Position numbers and translations under genes: made by a program. A stretch of 24,301 nucleotides of DNA from a virus. Below the pieces are notes generated by a model. It worked only from the letters and a program-made list of their open reading frames with translations. It did no database searches and was not told the origin of the DNA. Location: UHGV virus genome UHGV-1420800. One strand, written 5' to 3'. The stretch's first letter is position 1. Each line of letters opens with the position of its first letter. Shown here in pieces: positions 1-8,367 of the stretch.

Positions 1-44
1 ATAGCGTAGCGTCTCGTGGGCTCGGAGATGTGTATAAGAGACAG
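1..44. other. Library adapter: reverse complement of Nextera/Tn5 mosaic-end read-through adapter (CTGTCTCTTATACACATCTCCGAGCCCACGAGAC, 11-44) preceded by about 10 nt of index-like sequence
   Basis: Positions 11-44 read gtctcgtgggctcggagatgtgtataagagacag, the exact reverse complement of the Nextera adapter; the forward form recurs at the other end of the window. Not biological sequence. Confidence 0.9.
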
Positions 45-432
45 CTCTAATACTGACGTATTAGAGAGTGCCACAGCAGACAAAAAGTCTGACAAGAAAA
101 AACCTTCCGTTAGCTGTCAGGATGTTGTCGATGCTTACCACGAAATCCTTCCTGAAGCGCCAAGAATCCGCGCACTGAATGACAAGCGTAAAAACCAGAT
201 CCGAACGTTCTGGCGCAAAGCCGGAGTGATAACCCGCCAGCTTGACGGGCATGGGTTCACGATGCAGGACTGGAGAAATTATTTGAGCTACGTAGGCGAA
301 AATTGCCGATGGATGTTCGAAGAGCGTCCAAACCATCAACGCGGAACCGTCTGGCACAAAAAGGGATTTGATTTCCTGCTTAACGACAATACCTACCTGA
401 AAGTTCGTGAGGGTGAACACGATGACCGATAA
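45..432 (+). CDS. Phage replication initiation protein (O-like / replisome organiser), C-terminal fragment; 5' end missing at contig/adapter boundary
   Basis: Open frame from the first genomic base to TAA at 430-432, immediately upstream of and overlapping the DnaB-like helicase, as in lambdoid replication modules. The Met at 16 in the ORF track is adapter-encoded. Family assignment is by position and recalled conserved C-terminal motif only. Confidence 0.55.
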
Positions 433-1858
433 TTTTTATGCGCCGCCCCATAGCATCGAGGCTGAGCAGGCGGTGATTGGTGGATTGCTTCTGGATGATG
501 ACAGCAGTGAGCGCGTCCAGAAAGTTCTGGCGATGCTGAAGCCTGATTCATTTTACAGCCGACCACACAAAATCCTTTTCGAAGAAATAACCAGAATGCA
601 CCGGGAGCAAAAGCCAGTAGATGGCCTGACGCTTTTCGATGAACTGGAGCGTAAATCGTTAACGGCGTCTGTTGGCGGTTTTGCTTATATCGCTGAGATC
701 GCAAAGAACACGCCAAGCGCCGCAAACATCGTTGCCTATGCAATGCAGGTTCGTGAAACCGCAATGGAACGCTACGCCATTAACCGCATGACTGAAGCGA
801 CGGAATTGCTCTATTCACGCAACGGAATGACTGCAACGCAGAAGTACGAAGCTATTCAGGCGATTTTCACGCAACTGACAGACCATGCAAAAACCGGATC
901 GCGTCGCGGCCTTCGCTCATTTGGTGAGGTCATGGAAGACTGGGTTAGCGACCTTGAGAAGCGATTTGACCCGTCAGGCGAACAACGGGGAATGAGCACA
1001 GGGATCCCATCGCTGGACAGGATGCTGTCGCCGAAAGGTCTGGTGAAAGGCTCTCTGTTTGTCATTGGCGCTCGCCCTAAGATGGGGAAAACGACGCTAT
1101 ACAGCCAGATGGCAATCAACTGCGCAGTGCATGAGAAAAAGCCCGCTCTGATGTTCAGCCTTGAAATGCCAGGTGATCAGATACTGGAAAAACTGGTAGG
1201 ACAGAAGTCAGGTGTTAACCCGAATATTTTTTACCTTCCGGCGACAAATGACGCTGATGACGGCTATCAGGGTGATTACGATGGTGACTTCAACAGGGCG
1301 ATCGAAACAGCCAATCGCTTGAGTGAAATCGACCTGCTTTACATCGACGACACGCCGGGATTATCTCTGGCTCAAATCGTCAGCGAAAGCCGTCGAATCA
1401 AACGAGAAAAAGGATGCGTTGGCATGATTCTGGTCGATTACCTGACGCTAATGACCGCTGAAAAGGCCGATCGTAACGACCTTGCCTACGGCATGATCAC
1501 CAAAGGACTGAAGAACCTTGCCAAAGAGCTTGATTGCGTTGTTGTGCTTCTGACACAGCTTAACCGCGCACTGGAAAGCCGAACCAATAAACGCCCATTA
1601 CCAAGTGACTCACGAGATACAGGGCAGATTGAACAGGATTGCGATTATTGGGTGGGGATCCATCGTGAAGGTGCTTTTGATGACAGTGTTCCACCTGGTG
1701 AAACCGAACTAATCCTTCGTCTCAATCGTCATGGCAATACCGGCACGGTGTATTGCATTCAGGCAAATGGAGCTATTTATGACACAGACCAACAGTCTGC
1801 TGAAATGCGCCGCCGTGAACGCGAGGAACCGCAGTCCAAGAAGAAAGGAGGATTCTGA
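422..1858 (+). CDS. 12: Replicative DNA helicase, DnaB family (P22 gene 12-like)
   Basis: 478 aa from ATG 422 (the ORF track uses an upstream GTG at 407). DnaB N-terminal motif (SIEAEQAVIGGLLLD) and Walker A GARPKMGKTT; RBS-like GAGGG upstream; overlaps the stop of the upstream replication gene. Confidence 0.9.
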   Translation: MTDNFYAPPHSIEAEQAVIGGLLLDDDSSERVQKVLAMLKPDSFYSRPHKILFEEITRMHREQKPVDGLTLFDELERKSLTASVGGFAYIAEIAKNTPSAANIVAYAMQVRETAMERYAINRMTEATELLYSRNGMTATQKYEAIQAIFTQLTDHAKTGSRRGLRSFGEVMEDWVSDLEKRFDPSGEQRGMSTGIPSLDRMLSPKGLVKGSLFVIGARPKMGKTTLYSQMAINCAVHEKKPALMFSLEMPGDQILEKLVGQKSGVNPNIFYLPATNDADDGYQGDYDGDFNRAIETANRLSEIDLLYIDDTPGLSLAQIVSESRRIKREKGCVGMILVDYLTLMTAEKADRNDLAYGMITKGLKNLAKELDCVVVLLTQLNRALESRTNKRPLPSDSRDTGQIEQDCDYWVGIHREGAFDDSVPPGETELILRLNRHGNTGTVYCIQANGAIYDTDQQSAEMRRREREEPQSKKKGGF

Positions 1859-1886
1859 TGACCATCTACATCACTGAGCTAATAAC

Positions 1887-1918
1887 AGGCCTGCTGGTAA
1901 TCGCAGGCCTTTTTATTT
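1887..1918 (+). terminator. Intrinsic terminator, tR2-like (between replication genes and nin region)
   Basis: Perfect 8-bp inverted repeat aggcctgc / gcaggcct (1887-1894, 1903-1910) with an 8-nt loop, followed by ttttattt. Its position matches the terminators removed by nin deletions in lambda. Confidence 0.6.
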
Positions 1919-1946
1919 GGGGGAGGGTAATTGGAGGCTTTAAGAA

Positions 1947-2162
1947 ATGAGTACGATAGTTGAGCTTGTCCGCGCCGACTTTCAGGAGAACATTGGTCGT
2001 GCAAAGCGGTACTGGTCTGCTTCCAGACTTCCGACTGGTGAGAGACAGAAAAACGCCCCTAAGCCACGTAGCTATCCGCGTGACCGCGTTCTTCGCCGGT
2101 TGGTTAAAATCGATACTGATTTTCAGTGTGACAGAATTATCCGGAACCTGGATTTAAAGTGA
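1947..2162 (+). CDS. Hypothetical small basic protein
   Basis: 71-codon ORF with GGAGG 8-9 nt upstream of ATG 1947; no family recognised. An overlapping alternative frame exists (1960-2157), so the frame choice is uncertain. Confidence 0.4.
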   Translation: MSTIVELVRADFQENIGRAKRYWSASRLPTGERQKNAPKPRSYPRDRVLRRLVKIDTDFQCDRIIRNLDLK

Positions 2163-2172
2163 AGGAGTGAGC

Positions 2173-2379
2173 ATGACAAATCAGGAGCAAATAGAGTTCA
2201 TCCTTGAGCAGATCCGAAAAATGCGAGAAAAGAACCAGCCAGACATGATGGAAATATGGAGACGCCAGCAGGAAGAATACCGCAAGCATATTTTTGGTGA
2301 GAGAAAACAGGATGAATGGAGCCTATATGACTATGGCACCAGGACAAATAAAAACGGATATAGCCTTTACACATATTGA
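2173..2379 (+). CDS. Hypothetical protein (68 aa)
   Basis: ATG 2173 preceded by GAAGGAG at 5 nt; its stop overlaps the NinB RBS. No family recognised. Confidence 0.5.
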   Translation: MTNQEQIEFILEQIRKMREKNQPDMMEIWRRQQEEYRKHIFGERKQDEWSLYDYGTRTNKNGYSLYTY

Positions 2380-2387
2380 GGAATTCC

Positions 2388-2798
2388 ATGAAACAGACAA
2401 TTTTCCTCAGGAGTAAGCAACAACAGCAAGCCGCAATCAACGCCATCCTCGCAACACCACTCGATAAAGACAAGCCAGTCACCATCCGCATTACTGACTA
2501 CAAGCGCAACCTTGACCAGAACGCGAAATTTCACGCGATGCTGGCGGATATCGCTCGTCAGGTTCAATGGTGCGGCAAATGGTTAAAACCAGAACAATGG
2601 AAGGTTTTGTTGATAAGCGGTCATGCAGTGGCAACAAAGCAGGAAGCTGATGTTTTGCCCGGCCTTGAAGGCGAATACGTCAACATTCGCGAAAGCAGCG
2701 CGCAGATGAGCGTGAAGCGTATGGCAAGTCTGATCGAGTACACAACAGCCTGGGCTATTGGTCAGGGTGTCAGATTTACCGACAGGAGGTACGAATGA
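2388..2798 (+). CDS. ninB: NinB recombination protein (Orf family)
   Basis: 136 aa from ATG 2388; by-eye similarity to lambda NinB ([32 protein letters not shown]); stop overlaps the ninE start (ATGA). Confidence 0.85.
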   Translation: MKQTIFLRSKQQQQAAINAILATPLDKDKPVTIRITDYKRNLDQNAKFHAMLADIARQVQWCGKWLKPEQWKVLLISGHAVATKQEADVLPGLEGEYVNIRESSAQMSVKRMASLIEYTTAWAIGQGVRFTDRRYE

Positions 2799-2971
2799 GA
2801 CGACAGCGACGAAGTATCACCGACATCATCTGCGAAAACTGCAAATACCTTCCAACGAAGCGCTCCAGAAATAAACCCAAGCCAATCCCAAAAGAATCTG
2901 ACGTAAAAACCTTCAACTACACGGCTCACCTGTGGGATATCCGGTGGCTAAGACATCGTGCGAGGAAATGA
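2795..2971 (+). CDS. ninE: NinE protein
   Basis: 58 aa [58 protein letters not shown], nearly identical to remembered lambda NinE; below the 60-aa cutoff of the ORF track; ATGA overlap with ninB. Confidence 0.85.
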   Translation: MRRQRRSITDIICENCKYLPTKRSRNKPKPIPKESDVKTFNYTAHLWDIRWLRHRARK

Positions 2972-3333
2972 CAATGGATTATTCACAGTTAAGTGATTTT
3001 GAAATTAACGTGGCGGTATTCGAAGCCATTCATAACGGATCACCGGATTACAAAGAAGGTGAGAATGGCGATATGGTGTTTGTCTCATTTGAGGGAGACA
3101 TTGTAAACGGAGACGCAGTTGAAGTAGAAGTTGAGCGCGGATCCTTTAACCCATGCGCAAACCCAGCAGACGCATGGCCGATTATTGAAAAATACAGGAT
3201 TAGCATTATCAATCTCGATGAAGACGAGTGGGGTGCACGCGGTGTGGCCTACTGTAAATCTAAGCGAGCTATACATGAAAATCCCCTCCGCGCCGCCATG
3301 ATTGTCTTTCTCATGATGCAGAGAATCCAATAA
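2968..3333 (+). CDS. NinX-like hypothetical protein (occupies the ninE-ninF slot)
   Basis: ATG 2968 overlaps the ninE stop; 121 aa acidic protein; position corresponds to ninX of P22-type nin regions. Product identity by position only. Confidence 0.55.
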   Translation: MTMDYSQLSDFEINVAVFEAIHNGSPDYKEGENGDMVFVSFEGDIVNGDAVEVEVERGSFNPCANPADAWPIIEKYRISIINLDEDEWGARGVAYCKSKRAIHENPLRAAMIVFLMMQRIQ

Positions 3334-3509
3334 TGCTTAGCCCATCCCAATCCCTTCAATACCAGAAAGAAAGCGTCGAGCGGGCTTTAACGTGCGCTAA
3401 CTGCGGTCAGAAGCTGCATGTGCTGGAAGTTCACGTGTGTGAGCACTGCTGCGCAGAACTGATGAGCGATCCGAATAGCTCAATGTACGAGGAAGAAGAC
3501 GATGGCTAA
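3333..3509 (+). CDS. ninF: NinF protein
   Basis: 58 aa [58 protein letters not shown], near-identical to remembered lambda NinF with Cys-rich motif; not in the ORF track (<60 aa); start overlaps the stop of the upstream gene. Confidence 0.85.
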   Translation: MLSPSQSLQYQKESVERALTCANCGQKLHVLEVHVCEHCCAELMSDPNSSMYEEEDDG

Positions 3510-4113
3510 ACCAGCGCGAAGACGATGTAAAAACGATGAATGTCGGGAATGGTTTCACCCTGCATTCGCTAATCAGTGGTGGTGCTCTCCAGAGTGTGGA
3601 ACCAAGATAGCACTCGAACGACGAAGTAAAGAACGCGAAAAAGCGGAAAAAGCAGCAGAGAAGAAACGACGACGAGAGGATCAGAAACAGAAAGATAAAC
3701 TTAAGATTCGAAAACTCGCCTTAAAGCCCCGCAGTTACTGGATTAAACAAGCCCAACAAGCCGTAAACGCCTTCATCAGAGAAAGAGACCGCGACTTACC
3801 ATGTATCTCGTGCGGAACGCTCACGTCTGCTCAGTGGGATGCCGGGCATTACCGGACAACTGCTGCGGCGCCTCAACTCCGATTTGATGAACGCAATATT
3901 CACAAGCAATGCGTGGTGTGCAACCAGCACAAAAGCGGAAATCTCGTTCCGTATCGCGTCGAACTGATTAATCGCATCGGGCAGGAAGCAGTAGACGAAA
4001 TCGAATCAAACCATAACCGCCATCGCTGGACTGTCGAAGAGTGCAAGGCGATCAAGGCAGAGTACCAACAGAAACTCAAAGACCTGCGAAATAGCAGAAG
4101 TGAGGCCGCATGA
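3502..4113 (+). CDS. ninG: NinG / Rap recombination-associated endonuclease (Holliday junction resolvase family)
   Basis: 203 aa with N-terminal Cys cluster ([12 protein letters not shown]...CSPECG) and basic central region; matches lambda NinG(Rap) in length and sequence by recall. Confidence 0.9.
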   Translation: MAKPARRRCKNDECREWFHPAFANQWWCSPECGTKIALERRSKEREKAEKAAEKKRRREDQKQKDKLKIRKLALKPRSYWIKQAQQAVNAFIRERDRDLPCISCGTLTSAQWDAGHYRTTAAAPQLRFDERNIHKQCVVCNQHKSGNLVPYRVELINRIGQEAVDEIESNHNRHRWTVEECKAIKAEYQQKLKDLRNSRSEAA

Positions 4114-4316
4114 CGTTCTCAGTAAAAACCATTCCAGACATGCTCGTTGAAGCATACGGAAACCAGACAGAAGTAGCACGCAGACTGAAATGTAGTCGCG
4201 GTACGGTCAGAAAATACGTTGATGATAAAGACGGGAAAATGCACGCCATCGTCAACGACGTTCTCATGGTTCATCGCGGATGGAGTGAAAGAGATGCGCT
4301 ATTACGAAAAAATTGA
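4110..4316 (+). CDS. ninH: NinH protein
   Basis: 68 aa [37 protein letters not shown]..., matches lambda NinH by recall; ATGA overlap with ninG. Confidence 0.85.
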   Translation: MTFSVKTIPDMLVEAYGNQTEVARRLKCSRGTVRKYVDDKDGKMHAIVNDVLMVHRGWSERDALLRKN

Positions 4317-4965
4317 TGGCAGCAAATACCGAAATATTTGGGTAGTTGGCGATCTGCACGGATGCTACACGAACCTGATGAAAAAACTGGAGACGATAGG
4401 ATTCGACACCAAAAAAGACCTGCTTATCTCGGTTGGCGATTTGGTCGATCGCGGTACAGAGAACGTCGAATGCCTGGAATTAATCACATTCCCCTGGTTC
4501 AGAGCTGTACGTGGAAACCATGAGCAAATGATGATTGATGGCTTATCAGAGCGCGGAAACGTCAATCACTGGCTGCTTAATGGCGGTGGCTGGTTCTTTA
4601 ATCTCGATTACGACAAAGAAATTCTGGCCAAAGCTCTTGCCCATAAAGCAGATGAACTTCCGTTAATCATCGAACTGGTGAGTAAAGATAAAAAATATGT
4701 CATCTGCCACGCCGATTATCCTTGTGACGAATACGAGTTTGGAAAGCCAGTTGATCATCAGCAGGTAATCTGGAACCGCGAACGAATCAGCAACTCACAA
4801 GACGGGATCGTGAAAGAAATTAAAGGCGCTGACACGTTCATCTTTGGTCATTCGCCAGCAGTGAAACCGCTCAAATTTGCCAACCAGATGTATATCGATA
4901 CCGGCGCAGTGTTCTGCGGAAATCTCACATTGATTCAGGTACAGGGAGAAGGCGCGTGGGCATAA
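4294..4965 (+). CDS. ninI: Ser/Thr protein phosphatase (lambda NinI / lambda-PPase family, metallophosphoesterase)
   Basis: From ATG 4294 ([25 protein letters not shown]...GDLVDRG...GNHE), the canonical metallophosphoesterase motifs GDxHG, GDxxDRG, GNHE; near-identical to remembered lambda phosphatase. The ORF track extends the frame upstream to 4219, which overlaps ninH. Confidence 0.9.
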   Translation: MRYYEKIDGSKYRNIWVVGDLHGCYTNLMKKLETIGFDTKKDLLISVGDLVDRGTENVECLELITFPWFRAVRGNHEQMMIDGLSERGNVNHWLLNGGGWFFNLDYDKEILAKALAHKADELPLIIELVSKDKKYVICHADYPCDEYEFGKPVDHQQVIWNRERISNSQDGIVKEIKGADTFIFGHSPAVKPLKFANQMYIDTGAVFCGNLTLIQVQGEGAWA

Positions 4966-5474
4966 GAGAACTAAACCTCACCAAAGAACAGCATGAGTGG
5001 CTGAATGGCTGGCTTGAACTGTGGGGCGCATGGGTTTATTCAGGTCGTCTGGAAAAGCGCATGAGCAGCGTAATAGCGAAGTTCATGGAGAGCGTAGAGC
5101 CGGGAAGAGTTATGACAAGGCCAATGTGCAATGATGATGATGGAATGTTGATTTCTCAGGTCGTTGATTCCGTCATGTACATTGACAAGAAAGCCTTTGG
5201 CATCCTCCTCAGCTACTACGCTCATGGTTCATCTAAGCGAGCAATTGCATCCTACTATCACGCGACTGCAAAGCCACGCAAGATGTGTGGACGTGGTGGC
5301 GAGGGATGGAGAAAACCTTCACTGGCAACCTGTAGAAACGAAATTGACGACATCCTGAAAGCGTCATTATTTGTTTTATACCAGCCAATGCAAAATGCTT
5401 TCAAAATGCGTAAACGTGTTGAGAAAGTTAAGCATGTTGCTGTTAAAAACCTTGACATGCAATTATCCATTTAG
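4956..5474 (+). CDS. Q: Late-gene antitermination protein Q (phage 82 / quuD-type Q family)
   Basis: Contains LELWGAW...[12 protein letters not shown], resembling the ERWGAW...RPQCCDDDAM motifs of E. coli prophage Q proteins; position between nin region and lysis genes. The only in-frame start upstream of the conserved motif is GTG 4956, so the start is uncertain. Confidence 0.75.
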   Translation: MGIRELNLTKEQHEWLNGWLELWGAWVYSGRLEKRMSSVIAKFMESVEPGRVMTRPMCNDDDGMLISQVVDSVMYIDKKAFGILLSYYAHGSSKRAIASYYHATAKPRKMCGRGGEGWRKPSLATCRNEIDDILKASLFVLYQPMQNAFKMRKRVEKVKHVAVKNLDMQLSI

Positions 5475-5481
5475 CCATAAT
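5452..5481 (+). promoter_or_regulatory. Candidate late promoter pR' (-35 TTGACA at 5452-5457, -10 CATAAT at 5476-5481) with presumed qut region just downstream
   Basis: Consensus -35 hexamer and good -10 hexamer with 18-bp spacing, at the 3' end of Q where lambdoid late promoters lie. Assignment by motif and position only. Confidence 0.45.
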
Positions 5482-5490
5482 TAGAAGGTA

Positions 5491-5535
5491 AGCTGCCGTT
5501 AGTGACTCTTAAGTTGCAACGGTGGCTTTTTTGTT
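5491..5535 (+). terminator. Possible tR'-like terminator (imperfect hairpin followed by CTTTTTTGTTTG)
   Basis: agctgccgtt (5491-5500) can pair with aacggtggct (5518-5527) if two G-U pairs are allowed; a T-run follows at 5527-5535. The 17-nt loop is long, so this is tentative. Confidence 0.35.
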
Positions 5536-6050
5536 TGCACAACAGGTAAGAGCATTGAACCCGCAGACCTCGCGGAATTGGTGAAAGGTGCCGCGCAGTA
5601 CTCTTATCGTTGTGGTGAATACGCAGGCTGATGCGTTAATCAGGTGAACGAGACACCCGCCGGTCCGTGATATGGCACACCGTGCCGGTCATATCTGCCG
5701 CGGTTAGGTTTACGAGGATTTCGTAAAGCTGGTCTAGGGTGAAGCCGTGAAAGCGGAGGAAGTAAAACGAGGCGTCGGTACACGCCTATCGTCATTAAGT
5801 CGGAGTTCAGCACCGACCGCCACAACCCAACCTGAGCCGTAGCCACTGGCTATCCTGAATTCATCAGTGATAGTTATGCTGCGGCCTTCTACACATGACC
5901 TTCGTGAAAGCGGGTGGCATGAGGTTGCGCTAACAACCTCCTGCCGTTTTGCCCGTGCATATCGGTCACGAACAAATCTGATTACTAAACACAGTAGCCT
6001 GGATTTGTTCTATCAGTAATCGACCTTATTCCTAATTAAATAGAGCAAAT

Positions 6051-6076
6051 CCCCTTATTGTGGGTAAGACATGAAG
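6051..6076 (+). promoter_or_regulatory. Holin dual-start control region (sdi-like stem-loop CCCCTTATTGTGGG plus tandem starts ATG-AAG-ATG)
   Basis: Sequence aatccccttattgtgggtaagacATGaagATG closely resembles the lambda S translation-initiation region that sets the S107 antiholin to S105 holin ratio. Confidence 0.7.
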
Positions 6077-6394
6077 ATGCCAGAAAAACATGACCTGTTA
6101 GCCGCCATTCTCGCGGCAAAGGAACAAGGCATCGGGGCAATCCTTGCGTTTGCAATGGCGTACCTTCGCGGCAGATATAATGGCGGTGCGTTTACAAAAA
6201 CAGTAATCGACGCAACGATGTGCGCCATTATCGCCTGGTTCATTCGTGACCTTCTCGACTTCGCCGGACTAAGTAGCAATCTCGCTTATATAACGAGCGT
6301 GTTCATCGGCTACATCGGTACTGACTCGATTGGTTCGCTTATCAAACGCTTCGCTGCTAAAAAAGCCGGAGTAGAAGATGGTGGAAATCAATAA
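6071..6394 (+). CDS. S: Holin, lambda S family (class I, dual start Met1/Met3)
   Basis: 107 aa [39 protein letters not shown]..., essentially identical to remembered lambda S107 (one difference seen near the C-terminus). Confidence 0.95.
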   Translation: MKMPEKHDLLAAILAAKEQGIGAILAFAMAYLRGRYNGGAFTKTVIDATMCAIIAWFIRDLLDFAGLSSNLAYITSVFIGYIGTDSIGSLIKRFAAKKAGVEDGGNQ

Positions 6395-6854
6395 TCAACG
6401 TAAGGCGTTCCTCGATATGCTGGCGTGGTCAGAGGGAACTGATAACGGACGACAGAAAACCAGAAATCATGGTTATGACGTCATTGTTGGCGGAGAGCTA
6501 TTCACTGATTACTCCGATCACCCTCGCAAACTTGTCACGCTAAACCAAAAACTCAAATCAACAGCAGCCGGGCGCTATCAGCTTCTTTCCCGTTGGTGGG
6601 ATGCCTACCGTAAGCAGCTTGGCCTGAAAGACTTCTCTCCCAAAAGTCAGGACGCTGTTGCGCTGCAGCAGATTAAGGAACGTGGCGCTTTGCCGATGAT
6701 TGATCGCGGTGATATCCGTCAGGCAATCGACCGTTGCAGCAATATCTGGGCTTCACTGCCGGGTGCTGGTTATGGTCAGTTTGAGCATAAGGCTGATAGC
6801 CTGATTGCAAAATTCAAAGAAGCAGGCGGAACGGTCAGAGAGATTGAAGTATGA
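6378..6854 (+). CDS. R: Endolysin, lambda R family (lytic transglycosylase)
   Basis: 158 aa [23 protein letters not shown]... matches lambda R in sequence and length; start overlaps the S 3' end as in lambda. Confidence 0.95.
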   Translation: MVEINNQRKAFLDMLAWSEGTDNGRQKTRNHGYDVIVGGELFTDYSDHPRKLVTLNQKLKSTAAGRYQLLSRWWDAYRKQLGLKDFSPKSQDAVALQQIKERGALPMIDRGDIRQAIDRCSNIWASLPGAGYGQFEHKADSLIAKFKEAGGTVREIEV

Positions 6855-7318
6855 GTAGAGTAACCGCGATTATCTCTGCTCTGGTTATCTGCATCATCAT
6901 CTGTCTGTCATGGGCTGTTAATCATTACCGTGATAACGCTATCGCCTACAAAGAGCAGCGCGATAACAAGGCCAGTGAACTGGAGAAGGCGAACGCCACC
7001 ATTACTGACATGCAGCAGCGCCAGCGTGATGCTGATGCACTCGATGCTAAATACACGAAGGAGTTAGCTGATGCGAAAGCTGAAAATGATGCTCTTCGGC
7101 GCAAGCTTGATAATGGTGGCAGGGTGCTCGTCAAAGGAAAATGCCCTGTGCCATCCTCAGACGAAACCTCCAGCGCCTCCGGCATGGGCAATGATGCCAC
7201 CGTCGAACTCTCTCCAGTTGCTGGACGAAACGTTCTCGGTGTCCGGGACGGAATTATCCGCGACCAAACAGCACTGAGAACGCTTCAGGAATACATCAGG
7301 ACGCAATGCCTTCGATGA
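6851..7318 (+). CDS. Rz: Spanin, inner-membrane subunit (Rz / i-spanin)
   Basis: 155 aa with N-terminal TM segment ([18 protein letters not shown]) and coiled-coil periplasmic domain; follows R with ATGA overlap; lambda Rz-like. Confidence 0.9.
   Translation: MSRVTAIISALVICIIICLSWAVNHYRDNAIAYKEQRDNKASELEKANATITDMQQRQRDADALDAKYTKELADAKAENDALRRKLDNGGRVLVKGKCPVPSSDETSSASGMGNDATVELSPVAGRNVLGVRDGIIRDQTALRTLQEYIRTQCLR
7071..7277 (+). CDS. Rz1: Spanin, outer-membrane lipoprotein subunit (Rz1 / o-spanin), embedded in the +1 frame of Rz
   Basis: ATG 7071 with AAGGAG 7 nt upstream; signal peptide plus lipobox (LIMVAGCSS) and proline-rich segment KPPAPPAW; embedded architecture as lambda Rz1. Confidence 0.8.
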   Translation: MRKLKMMLFGASLIMVAGCSSKENALCHPQTKPPAPPAWAMMPPSNSLQLLDETFSVSGTELSATKQH

Positions 7319-7758
7319 TAGCGATAATTCTACTCATCATCCTTCACATCTGGCTCTGTAGACAGGGTGGTGATCACTTCTGGAGTGAATCCAGATTAAA
7401 CATCTCATTGCTGATGCTTGAAGTTGAGCATCTGGCGCGCGGTAAGGGGCTGCGTTGAGATAAGAGCCAGTTCATTACAAATCCTATCTACGGGTGGGCT
7501 TGATAATGAAACCGGAGTTAATTTCTGGTCACTAATTAACGGCAGTACAGCGAAACAACCCAAGCCAGTAAGCGGGGAAATAACACTGGCAGCCACTGAA
7601 AGATGAACCTCCTGCCTTATGGCAAAAAAGATTCTTTGTGGTGGCGGACTGATGGAAAGACATCGGATAGAATCAAGCAGTGGCTAGGGTAGTTCCCGAA
7701 AAGCGGACTCGTCACCGCCTGCCACTGAATCTATGGCGAACAACTAGACGAGGTTGTG

Positions 7759-7974
7759 ATGGATGATAACGGAAACCAATGGATCAATGTTGAACACCGG
7801 CTACCAGAAAGCAAAGAAGGGATGTGGTCTAAAGAGGTTATAGCTCTTACTGATACTGGTGACGTGTTCAAACTATCATGTATGGGCTCTTACTGGCAGA
7901 GAACCAAGGCATTCATCGATTCAGGAGCAAGCAAGGTTACACACTGGATGCCGCTTAATTACCCAGATGATTAA
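7759..7974 (+). CDS. Hypothetical protein, DUF551-like (C-terminal THWMPLNYP motif)
   Basis: 71 aa from ATG 7759 (GTG at 7756 also possible), RBS-like GAGG upstream. The HW-PL-P C-terminal motif is typical of a widespread small phage protein family; function unknown. Confidence 0.55.
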   Translation: MDDNGNQWINVEHRLPESKEGMWSKEVIALTDTGDVFKLSCMGSYWQRTKAFIDSGASKVTHWMPLNYPDD

Positions 7975-7988
7975 AACGGATGAAAAAT

Positions 7989-8016
7989 GAAAGGTCGCTC
8001 AGGCGGCCTTTTTTAT
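7989..8016 (+). terminator. Intrinsic terminator
   Basis: aaaggtcgc / gcggccttt 9-bp stem (one G-U pair) with tcag loop, followed by tttatt; immediately downstream of the 7759-7974 ORF. Confidence 0.6.
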
Positions 8017-8121
8017 TGCCATCACAAAAGCCATTCCCTACAGAGTGGCTTTGATAATGGCTTATACCCTACACGGGATAACTTAACTGATATCCCTTTT
8101 AACGGATAAACTGAGCCAACA

Positions 8122-8364
8122 ATGGCAGAGATTATTCCCATGACTGAAGAACAGAAATTCCAGTTAGAGATTTACAAGCTGGTCATGAACCAGAACGCAG
8201 CCGCAGAAGAAGCATTTCAATTCATTGGCACTGACGAACTGAAGCTTGAGCTATTCAAAATTCACTTCCAGTCAGGCGGCGCTAATTCAGATATCACGAC
8301 CCGCACTATCGAAGCGGTGCGTAAATCGAAGGAAGCGTTAGACCTGTTCACCACCGGAGTGTAA
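8122..8364 (+). CDS. Hypothetical protein (80 aa, acidic; same slot and size as P22 orf80)
   Basis: ATG-initiated 80-codon ORF between lysis and terminase genes; weak RBS; no domain recognised. Confidence 0.45.
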   Translation: MAEIIPMTEEQKFQLEIYKLVMNQNAAAEEAFQFIGTDELKLELFKIHFQSGGANSDITTRTIEAVRKSKEALDLFTTGV

Positions 8365-8367
8365 GAG

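Noticed and set aside
16-432. ORF-track start codon at 16 for the first gene
   Set aside because: The Met at 16 is encoded by Nextera adapter sequence (1-44); the real gene is a 5'-truncated fragment beginning at the first genomic base (45).
1960-2157. Alternative-frame 65-aa ORF overlapping the 1947-2162 ORF
   Set aside because: Same strand, different frame of the same DNA; only one can plausibly be coding, and the 1947 frame has the better RBS. Neither is strongly supported.
5640-5846. 68-aa reverse-strand ORF in the Q-S spacer (Pro/Arg-rich)
   Set aside because: No RBS, composition typical of translating GC-rich non-coding DNA, and antisense to the late transcription unit; more likely structured non-coding sequence.
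7405-7606. Overlapping 62-63-aa ORFs on both strands after Rz (possible bor remnant)
   Set aside because: Both start with non-ATG codons, lack an RBS, overlap each other antisense, and show no Bor-like signal peptide or lipobox.
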